A stretch of 64,000 bases of DNA, from NCBI RefSeq assembly GCF_021869535.1, contig NW_026262723.1, positions 92,814,001 through 92,878,000 on the forward strand, given 5' to 3'. The stretch comes from Mytilus californianus (Eukaryota). Both the position numbers and the translations under genes were made by a program. Below, piece by piece: positions 28,501-40,500 of the stretch (position 1 is its first letter; every line of letters starts with the position of its first letter). The notes under the pieces are model-generated. The model made no database searches. It saw only the letters and a list, made by a program, of their open reading frames with translations, and was not told the DNA's origin.

Positions 28501-31500
28501 ACAGACACTTCAAGAAGATGTAGAAGAAGAATTAATATATTTTGAAGTTGTTATAAAAGGTAGCCTTTGTTACATGGAAAAACTATTTACAGAAATTCAG
28601 AATAGCAGTAGTAAGTTTGTAGCATTGAATACTACATTTATGTAATGTAATTTTCACTTGCATGACATATAAATACCACATACATTAACATATATATTGT
28701 CAAGTCTAAAAAAAACCAAACAAAATGTGTCCTTAATTTCACACTGAAATCATCAATTTTAATTCTTTTGTAAAGGAGATCATTTTACTTTTTTAGCTTT
28801 AAAACTCCATTAGAAGATCATAGATATTTTAGAGGTTTTTCAATCTTAACTAGCATTTAAGAAAATTGGTTCATATTTCACTTTTTGCAAAAATGTTTAA
28901 ATTTTTTCTTATTATCACTTCTGTTGCTCATGGTTAACCACTTCTTCCTGTCAGGCTTAGAAAGAAAAGCCTCCTCCCTAATTCTGGAGTAATGGTAGCC
29001 CTGATATAATTATTGTTAAGAATAAACCAGTTTGACTACAACAACATATCTCCATCCATGGGGACATGTGAGTGGGCATCAGATGATTGGTGATAACTAT
29101 TATAATAAGTTGGATCATTTGATTTTATATTTCATCCTAAATGATATCAGTATTCAAATGAAATGTGCACTTGCTTTAGAATTCAAAAGATATATGATAT
29201 CAGTATTTAGATGAAATGTGCACTTGCTTTAGAATTCAAAAGGTATATGATATCAGTATTTAGATGAAATGTGCACTTGCTTTATAATTCAAAAGGTATA
29301 TGATATCAGTATTCAAATGAAATATGCACTTGCTTTATAATTCAAAAGGTATATGATATCAGTATTCAAATGAAATGTGCAATTGCTTTAGAATTCAAAA
29401 GGTATATGATATCAGTATTCAAATGAAATGTGCACTTGCTTTAGAATTCAAAAGGTATATGATATCAGTATTCAAATGAAATGTGCACTTGCTTTAGAAT
29501 TCAAAAAGTATATGCTATCAGTATTCAAATGAAATGTGCACTTGCTTTAGAATTCAAAAGGTATATGCTATCAGTATTCAAATGAAATGTGCAATTGCTT
29601 TAGAATTCAAAAAGTATATGATATCAGTATACAAATGAAATGTGCACTTGCTTTAGAATTCCAAAGGTTACATACTAGAAGGATAACACATTAGCCACAC
29701 TCTATGTATTAACACATCTAACTATGTATACCTGTTCTCTAACCTTGGTCTGCATCTGTAGAAATCAACTGATGACCTTGACATATTTGACCTATTCTGG
29801 TTATTTTTGACAAACAAACATAGTGATAGTTAATTAAAATAAAAAAATTGAAGAAATTATGGCTGTTAAAATTGAATTCATGTGCATATTGACCTAGTAA
29901 TATTAACCCAAATAGTGGAAAGTTATGCATCAATAGTCATTTGTTAAAAGAATTCTGGATACATGACTGACAGGAAGTGACTTATAGACGACTTTCGAAT
30001 TGGTGCACTTTCTCATTATTTCCACATGTCACAATGCTTATATGATTACATCACAGTAAGAACCGATTGTTCGATGACGTCATTTACACCTACTGACCCT
30101 GGGTCGAACGATGTAACTCATTCATAAAAAACAACTCAAGATTGGTGTTTTGCATAAAGTAAAGAATTTTATAACACAAACTAGCTATAAATTAATGGTT
30201 ACTTATTCAACATTTTATTATAAAATGTAGAAGGTCCAGTAACAACAACACTTTACGGAATGCTCCAGTAATTTATTAAGATCGACATGTTTCAGTGGTT
30301 AGGCCACCGTCATCAGGATAGAAAACAATACATAAAATCATGCTGAGGTACAAAATCGGGTTGAGAAAATTAAAACGTCACAATGTTGCTATGGTGAGTA
30401 ACGTTATAAATAGCAATTGAAAGAGAAAGTGAAAGTAAGTATATATAGAAGTGAACTATTAAAATAAAATAAAATAAAATAAAATAAAAATACAATGTTT
30501 TTGTTGTTAAAATGTTTGTTAAAATTGTTCTGCCATCATGTGTTAGCATTCTTGCACAGTGGAACGAATTATACAATAAATTATTGTCAGTTGTGTTCTG
30601 TGTAAACTTTGTGTTCAATTAACGTCGTTATTTCCAAATATAGACGACATTTTACTGGCAATTCCGTACCATTTCGAATGGCTTCCCTTGGCCAGAGGTA
30701 CTACTTCCAATCGCGTCGGGAATGCTGTAAAGTGTTTGACCGCCAAAGGTATAGGGAAAATTAAATGAAATGATATCGCTGGTCTATGATGAATGTAAAT
30801 GTTGTGTTCCTCCATTAAACTATCGGAAGTGGCTGGTAATCTTGTAATCTGGTAAACTTGGTAGTATGTATGATTAACGTATTTTCTGGAACTTACTTCA
30901 AAGTCAATTTCTTAATAAGAAGTCTGGTGCATATAATTGCCAATAAATTCTGTAAGAGAAAAATAGTCTTATCACATTTCTTTTCCTCCTTTGCACTCGT
31001 TTTTGGTTGAGATGTTTCATCATAATTTACTTTCTTTGCGCCTGTTGAATGCCTGATAGCATTTTAGGAAGGCCGGTTCCTGTTGGTGCCTCAATGATAT
31101 AATTGTTTGTTTTACTACTACTGTGCAAGAATGCTAACACATGATGGCAGAACAATTTTAACAAACATTTTAACAACAAAAACATTGTATTTTTATTTTA
31201 TTTTATTTTATTTTATTTTAATAGTTCACTTCCATATATACTTACTTTCACTTTCTCTTTCAATTGCTATTTATAACGTTACTCACCATAGCAACATTGT
31301 GACGTTTTAATTTTCTCAACCCGATTTTGTACCTCAGCATGATTTTATGTATTGTTTTCTATCCTGATGACGGTGGCCTAGCCACCGAAACATGTCGATC
31401 TTAATAAATTACTGGAGCATTCCGTAAAGTGTTGTTGTTACTGGACCTTCTACATTTTATGTTTTTATCGTAACGACCCTGCATACCCGAGGTATCCACT

Positions 31501-34500
31501 TTATGGAATCTACTGACAGAAGATTTACCAGGCGTTGGTTCACTTGTGTTGTAATTTTATTATAAAGATGAAAAGTCTTACTTTACATAGCAATTAAGTT
31601 TTTGTTCTTATTTTTTAGTTCCAAATACAGAATGTTTTGATGGTGGACATTATTACTCGGATAACAATCACTGTTACAAGTTATATGAGACCAATGTTAA
31701 TTGGTCTGTGGCGGCCAGTAACTGTCAATTATTGACCAATCAGTCACAGTTAGCTGTTATAGACTCTCTTTCTCTGAAGACTTTTATCATAACCTATGTG
31801 TTTGGAAGGTAAGTTTGAAGTTGGATACAATGGAGGTTTACAGATGATTTCAAAATTACACATTTTATGACTTTAAGTTCATTTATTTTTGTGGACACAT
31901 CAGTTTTTATGAGTTAACCAAATTTGGTTCAATTTAAATTGATTTCATAATTTAAAATTTGCTCCAACTGAAAAACTGCTCATATGTATACCATTGAGGG
32001 TTTGAAATTCATTTCTTGTCAACTGGGACATGTATATTGTGGAAACCAGAAAATAATGTGTAACTTTTTTCATTTTGTTATCCAAAGAATTCTTAAGAAC
32101 TATATTTATTACAGATCATTCATGATGAAGGCAATTCAGTGTTGATGTTTTACTCTGATCATTTCTTCTAGACTCGAAGAAATTTAAAGTTTTCCATATG
32201 ATTTTAAGATTTGTTCCGTGTTGATGACATGGTGAAATTTGTAAATATAAATGTAAAAAAAAACCAATTCGTAGAAATCCACTTTTATGAAATTTTATTG
32301 TTGGATTACTTGGTAACAATTTTGCATTTATACAAATGTTTTCGTGATATGACATATATTTGATACAAAAGATACAACTGTAACAAACTTTGCCAAAGAA
32401 CATTGTGAATATTGTTGAATTTAATTTGAACTAAACTGAGAATAAAATAGATTTATTTCTTTTAGTGTGACTCAGTCAGCTTGGATTGGTCTTACAGACA
32501 AGGTGTCAGAATCTTACCTGATGTGGACAAACAACCAATCAGTAGTGAACTACAATCCTGTTGGCACTGCCCCAGAAACAGACTGCATAACAGTAGACAA
32601 AACTGGTTCCTGGTCTCACTACAGTTGTCAAGAATCTAAATACTATATTTGCCAATATTCTTTAAGAGGTAGTTAATTTTATTGTAAAAATAGTGAAAAA
32701 TGATTCATGAATGCCAGAGTCTTACTTATACATTTGCCAGTATTGTTTAAGAGATATTTTAGAGTAAAACAGTTGACAAAAGTGGTTCTTTGTCTAACCA
32801 TAGACAAATCTGGTTTCAGATTACTGTTATTCTATAAGAGATATTTAACTTCCAATCAGTACAAATGTAATATATATTGTATGTCACTAAAATATTTCTG
32901 TTACTTTGTCCCACCCCAGTTCAACCAAAGGTACTGCATGAAACTTTTTCTAAATCTAATTATTTTATTGCTAATCTTGATGTAACAATCTTAGAAATTT
33001 GTCTTTCAAATATTTTCTTTGTTTACGATGAGAATGGTGTTGGAATGTCTTCATATCCCTTCTTTTTTTCAGAAACTGTAAAGATACCAACATACCTAGC
33101 AGGGATTGGTCGTTTGGTATCAACTGGGTCAACATATAGCTTGACTTCAATAGCTTCCACCAGCTTGCCAGCCAATACTGTATCCATAACAAACACGTTT
33201 CCAGGTGTGTATTCACAACTAATTGTTGTTCATATAAATATTTCTTCAACAAAATACATTGCTAAGTAGTTGTTTGCATGTTTTTTCATAATAGACAGTA
33301 GTTTATTACATGCAAGAAAATGGACAAAACATCGTTATGAGTTTGGTTGAAATAAATAATCAATCGTTTCTCTAATACATTTATTAATTACAAAAGTGAG
33401 ACAAGCTTTGTAAGTTAGTTTAAAGCATTTAGAAATCCTTTAATATAATTTTGTGATAATTTTTTGTAGTAAATGCATTTGTTGGTATGTTTTAAATACA
33501 TATTTTTTCTTTAGCTGCATTTCTCATTCTACTGCTTGCTGTTTGCACAAAATACTAGATATGATTTCATAGAGGACAGTCTCATTACCTTAAAATTGAA
33601 TTAATGATAAAGTTTTTAATCATATAAGTAAATGTTGCTCCTCCACAAGGTTAAAACCAAGAAAATTCCACATTTTTGTAGCAAATGGTAGACATACCAG
33701 AAAGTATTTAAAATCGAGTAAAGGAAAAAAAACAAACAAATAAAACCCCAAAACAACAATTAGATTAATACTTTTGTAAGTCAGATGAATTTATTTGTCT
33801 GTCATTAGCATTTGATATATCACTTATAGTTTATAAATTTTATAACCTTCTTTATTAAAGTAGATACAATACAATGTCTACATCCACTTTATTTGAACTT
33901 TGGTGGATAGTTGTCTCATTGCCAATCATACCACATCTCCTTATTTTTATATCTATAATTTTTTTCCATTACAAAATCTATTACCTTACTGTTGAGAAAA
34001 ATGCTGCATTTTTTATTTATTGAAGTGAATCGTCCTTTTGCCTGTTATAAATCAGCTACTTACAGTATAAAGACTCAGATCTTAATTGACTAGGATTGGC
34101 AGTTACCTGCTGAATGTTGGTGATTCTCTCCGGGCACTCAGGCTTCCTCCACCAATAAAAACTGGCCACCACAACATAGCCAATAGTGCTGAAAGTGGTG
34201 TTAAACATCAACAGTCAATCAATTATATAGTATAAAGAATAATTTCTACCTTTTGTGACATTTAATGAAAACATTGGCATACCATATTCCCAATTTTAAT
34301 GGATGATAACATCTTTTTTAGCTCATCTGGCCCTATGGCCATCACCTGGTGTCTATTGTCATAGTAGTCATCATTGTCTTTGTTGTTGTAAACTTTTTAA
34401 AAATCTCCTGTGAAATCACTGGACCAATTTAATTGACTGATCCTTTGGTTATCTAGTATAAAGTTTGTGTTATTTTTTCCTTCCAAGTTCCAGTCAACCA

Positions 34501-37500
34501 ACATGGCTTCCATGGCTAAAAAAAGCATTACAGTAAAATGCATTAATTGTCATATCTTGAAAACCATTATCATTAGAAAAAATCTAGATGAGTAAAAGCT
34601 GTGAACACCTAAAATGATCAGCAATAGAAGAAGACCTAAAATAATCGTCAGAGGAACGAACTTTAAGATGAGTCCTTATAGGAGCTATTGTCTTTAAATG
34701 ATAATTATTGATGAATATTCAAGTTTTTTACTGTTTTCTTAACTACCTTTAATAGATAGGTAAAAACTTTAAACCGCAAGAATGTATGCCATTAAATGAT
34801 GATATTTTTAATAATTTTGTAGTTTTTGCCTTTTACCTCAAAAACTGTAACAGATAAGTAAAAAACTATAAACTACAAAATTGATCAGCAATAGAATATC
34901 TCGGAAAATGCTTACATGACCGAAACAATTGGGTGACTCCTTTTAGGAGTTACTGCCCTTTAAAGACGATTTTGTCTAATTTTCAAGTTTTTGCTTATTA
35001 TAATAAAAACTATAATAGAGATGTAGAATCTGTAAACAGCAAATATTATTAGCAATACAAGATATATTTTTGAAGGTGAGCGATTCAGGTTCATAGGAGC
35101 CCCTTGTTTTACAATGTTGTGTGTTTTAGCTTGTACCTCCTGTGTGACTGTATTTTTCCTTAATTTTGCTTATTAGTAGAAACCAGTAGATATTATCTTT
35201 CCTTCTTAGAATATAAAGAGATGCTTCCTTAAGGATGTATACTGCTGACGTTTCAGTCTCGTTGAAATCTCGTTCTAGAATTATTTCCAAAACATGTGAT
35301 ACAAGTGGAAAATATCAATGAATTCAAAAAATGTTATAATCAAACTTAACTCAGTGAAAAAATTGTGTATTTACAATAAGTAGTTTTTGAGTAATAAATT
35401 GTTCAAATTTTATTACCAATCAAGTCAGTCTTTTTAGCCAAAATTTTGAGAAATGGGTGAGGGGTACAAGAAATGATTTTACCAGAAACATATACAATAC
35501 AACCCATATCACTTTTTTCTTTTCAAATTTCTTAGATATGTATTTTTTCAATCATTTATAACAAAGAAGTTGAAATCATATGCATTTTGCTCTTAAAATA
35601 GAGAAAAATCACAAATTTACAAAATTGACAGCATGGTAAATTTGACACAAAAAAGCATCAAACTATGATAAAACTTTCTTATATTAACACCTACCTATAG
35701 TTTTTTTAAGTTAAATTTATTCAGATTGGTGCAATGCATCTTTATAAAAAGTATGAAAAAAAGTTTAATTGTGGATCTGTGATTTTTTTCATGATAATAG
35801 CACAAAAATGGGTAAAAATTGATGAAAAATGGGAAAATCATCAAAACTGGGTACTTTCAAAGGGCCGTAGCAAAAAAAGAAGTGCACCACCATATGCTTT
35901 TTTCTTCACCAATTATTTTTTTACAGTCATATAAACCCAAAAATCAGGTTAAGAAAAAAAGTTTAATTCTAGAAATTTTTGGCTCCTCAGAGGTGTACAT
36001 CCTTAAGGATATTTAATATTAGCATCAATACCATTTATATAGCCTTTCATGTTACCTACCTACCAATGTTCATAAAGTACTACAGCCTGTCCATTTATGT
36101 CTTTCAACCATTTCTGCAATTTCAGTTGTCAGATGATGGCTTAACCATACCTTCTCCATTTAGCTGTATTTCAATGGCAATTATGTGATCAGCAGCAATT
36201 TATTTTGAAATGTATATTTTTAGAGTAATAAATTGAAAATTTAAGATAGGTAAATATGATAATTTTATAGCATTGCTTTTACTTCTGTTTTATTAATTTT
36301 GATGAGAATTTATGTGATGGTCTTTCATAAAATGTTTTGACTTGTTACTATTATTATGGGAAATTCTATTTCTCTATTTTCTATTTTCAGGATTATGGTT
36401 TTCCCATGGAGGAGAAATACAGCAGTGGAATTTCAGAACCAATGCCTTGACAAAAGATACTGTTATCTCCTTCCAAGTCTACACACCAATATGTTCCTCA
36501 GGAACACTTATAAAACCAGGTATATCTCCTAAATATATTGATATGTTCCTCAGGAACACTTATAAAACCAGGTATATCTCCTAATCAATAGATTGATATG
36601 TTCCTCAGGAACACTTATTAAACTAGGTATATCTCCTAGTGAATATATTGATATGTTCCTAGGAACACTTATAAAATCAGGTATATCTCTTAGTCAATAG
36701 ATTGATATGTTCCTCTGGAACACTTATTAAACTAAGTATATCTCCTAGTCAATACATTGATATGTTCCCCAGGAACACTTATAAAACCAGGTATATCTCC
36801 TAGTCTATACATTGATATGTTCCTCATAAACACTTAAAAAAACAGGTTTATCTCCTAATCAATATATTGATATGTTCCTCAAGTATATCTCCTTCTAGTC
36901 ATTACATCAGTATGTTCCTCATGTATTTTTCCTTCTAGTCAGGACATCAGTGTGTTCCTCAGGTACATGTATGCCTCCTTGTAGGCAATACATTAGTATG
37001 TTCCTCATGTAAATCTCACTATGGAACACTTATAAATTAGATATATCTTCTTCAAAGACAACATACAAAATTATTACTGTGGGACCCATAAGTCTATGCT
37101 CCAATGTGTTTCACAGGATCTTCCAATTTAAAACACCAGTATGCTCCCCAGAAACACTTGCAGAACCAGGCATATCTATTTAGTCTACACACCAGCCTGA
37201 TTCTAAAGAGTACATTTAAAATATTTATAAAAGATGTTAGGTATACTTCAATGAGACAGTAACCCTACAACACAAAAACCAAAACTTATATTATTCGTGG
37301 TTCATCGATCTAGACCAGTTTTTTAGAAACCTAAAAAATGATCTTGATCACAAAGATCTTTAACAATTTAATTATCTGTAATCAGTTAAACAGGCAAGAC
37401 ATTTAACTGTTTCCAAGCTAGTTAAAATCTTAAATATTCATGTATTTTTTGCAATATTGAGTGAAATTACTTTATAAAGTCATAAAAATAAAGACAAGTA

Positions 37501-40500
37501 GCTGATGTTGATTATAATTTTAGATATGTACTAAGAAACTAAAATATTCTTAAATTTAGTTGATGTGAAAACTTTTAGAATTTATGTAAACAACTTTTTT
37601 TTTAGGTTGTGATGGGAATGGTGCCAGATATGCTTCCTGCTCCACTACTGTAACCACCTGTAGTGCTACACCTTATTGTAATGAAGGAAAAGAAAGCTGT
37701 TATCACACCAATGACTGTATCCCAGTCTCTGACCCCTGTAATTGTAACCAGTTAGACACCACAACATATCCATATTGTAGTACACCGTTTGTTGGAGATC
37801 AACCAAAGTATCGACTTGTTGGACAGACTGTAGTTAATCTCCCCAGTGGTCCAGCTGGTTATTTTTCAGTAAATGCTGATGGATTGAAGGTTAGCGAGGG
37901 AGACATCATTGCATTCCAGACAAACAACAGCGTTGATGTTATATTATGTGATAATACTGATTTAACTCTGCTTCAGAATATACTGCAAAAAATCCAAGGT
38001 GCATGGGTGTCTGTTGGTGATGAAGTAGACATGTCATCATCTGCCTCTCCATGGCGTAACAATACAGCATGTTACTTCCAGGCAGTTTATACTATTCCAG
38101 AGACTGTTACATTGCCTCCATCTTTACAGTATTCTACCGTAGCTGGGTCATACACTTATGAGTTAAGTCTTCCAAATGATAACATTGCAAAATCCTGTAC
38201 ATTCACTGTAGAAGAAGAAGTTGGAGATTTTGACTGGATATATCCAATCGTCCAATCAACAAGTGGAGGAACCAGTACATTTTATGTTGAAGCTGATGTT
38301 CAAACATACTTAGTATTTGCAGCTAAGAGAGGTACAAATCTACAGGTTTCATGGTCAGTTGACGGGAATGATTACACATCTACCTTTCAGTCTTCATGTC
38401 CCAGCAGTGTTACATCAGAAGTTGGAACTGCATGTGATAGTAGTAATTACTGGATATCTGAACCATTTGCCTATGTACAATATACATTTTCTTATAACAG
38501 TGGAACTTCTGTACCAGTCATTATCACAGTAAACAATACTGTTGGATCATCTACACAGACATTTGCTAGCCAGGCCTTTCAGCCTCTTTCTCTCGATTTT
38601 AACCTGACAGATTTCAGCAATGGATACCTTGTTGAAATCAATAAGGCCATCGATTTTACAACTTCTGTTGGCAGTGGAAATCCAACAAACTTTGAGTATT
38701 TTGTAAATGGAACTAAAGTGCATACTTCAACATCTTCTGGAACATTCACATATACATTCACTGCTAAAAATTACTATGAAGTATCTGTGGAAATATCAGA
38801 TGGTTTCAAAACAGCTAACAAGTCCATTAGTGTAACAAGTAAATATGCAGCAAATGTCCAAAGTCTAACCTTAGTTGGAGTACCTACTACAGCAGCAGTA
38901 AGCACTGCAGTTCAGTTTCAAATTACTTGCACTGTAAATGCTCAAGCTTATGTTACAGTTCAGTGGGAATTCGAAAGTGGTACAGTTTCAGAGTCATTGG
39001 AAACTACAACAACTTCACTTACTCTTAGCAAATCCCATACACATACAATAAATGGAACATATACATTCAGGTTAACAATCACTGACGACTTTGGTATTGT
39101 AGCAACTCAAACTCAGACAATCCGTGTTGTAGAACACCTTCCATCTGTTTCTTTATCAGCTAGTTCCACATCGATTAGGACTGGATCAAGCATTGATTTT
39201 ATTGCAACAGTTCCTGAAATAGCTTCCAAAGATTATGGAACATTGTCATATACCTTTGATTTTAACGATACAACTACTGAAGTTAGTTCCTCAAAAGAAA
39301 AAATTCACACTTTTGGTACAGCTGGAACCTATTACGTTACAGTTCAAGTTTCAAATCAAGCTGAAATTGTGCAAGATACAGTTATTGTTGGTGTATTTGA
39401 TACAATAACAGGTTTAACAATTACCGCAGACAGAATAGTCCAAGTGTCCACCACAACTTCTATAACTGCATCTGTTACAACAGGAAATGCATTAACATAT
39501 AGCTTTGAAATATCTGACAATGCTTTGTCATCTGGAAATATAACTGACAATGTTTACAATCCATCGTTGTCTAAGACTGGTCACTTCAATATAACCTTGA
39601 CGGCTTGGAATGATCTGAGTAGTGCAACAGTAACCAAGGAACTGTATGTTGTGGATACGACAACTTTAGAAATTATTGGATTCGAACACAATGCCTATCA
39701 AGCTACAAATACTCTGCTTGCTGTTACAGTGGATGTACTGTATTATGATATCAGTGATTTAATCATAACATGGACATTTGATGGTAACCTTGTCAAGGGC
39801 ATTGGAGGTCTTTCAACATCCTATACATTTACAACATCAGGAATCTTCAACTTTACCGTGGTTTTGCAGTCAAGTTCAAATACAGCTGTAGTGGTCAGTG
39901 GTTATTCTACTGTGGAAATACAGGACTCTGTGGCAGGACTAATAGTTTCCAATGATGGTCCGGTGGGACTGGCTTCGACTGGTTCTGCTGTTGTCACAGT
40001 AACAGCATCAACAACAGGTGGTGATAAATTACAATACACATGGGATACGGGAGGAACAGTACAAACAACTACGAGTAACTTTATTACGTTAACTAAATCA
40101 ACGGAAGTTTCCGAAACTGTTGTTGTGATGGTTTGGAATGATGTTAGTTCACAAAATGGGACAACGACATATAAAGTTCAGTATGCTGTTGAAGGGTTGA
40201 AAATTACATGTCTTAATTGTACGGAGAGCAGTGGTGTCACTTATCTACAATCAACAAAAACAGCATCATTTGTTGCCTCCTTGACATCGGGTTCTAACGT
40301 AACATATAACTGGTCGTTTGGTGACGGAGGTACAGGAACAGGAATATCTCAGACTCATTCATATATCTCAGGAGGAACATTTACCATCACAGTGTCAGGT
40401 GTCAATGATGTTGGGACTGTTATAGCAACATTCAATATTACTGTTCAGGAGGAGATAAGCAGTGTTTCAATTAACTGTACAAATAATATCAAATTTGTCA

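Larger units (their letters stand above)
30220..31460. mobile_element. Penelope-like element remnant: 341-bp inverted arms (30220-30560, 31120-31460) around a 559-bp spacer
   Basis: Arms are reverse complements with 3 mismatches by my reading, and each carries a minimal hammerhead motif. Inverted pseudo-LTRs with hammerheads are characteristic of Penelope-like elements. No RT or GIY-YIG ORF visible. Confidence 0.7.

Noticed and set aside
30850-30960. Minus-strand AG/GTAAGT-bounded mini exon in the inverted-repeat spacer
   Set aside because: Could not be spliced into any extended open frame.
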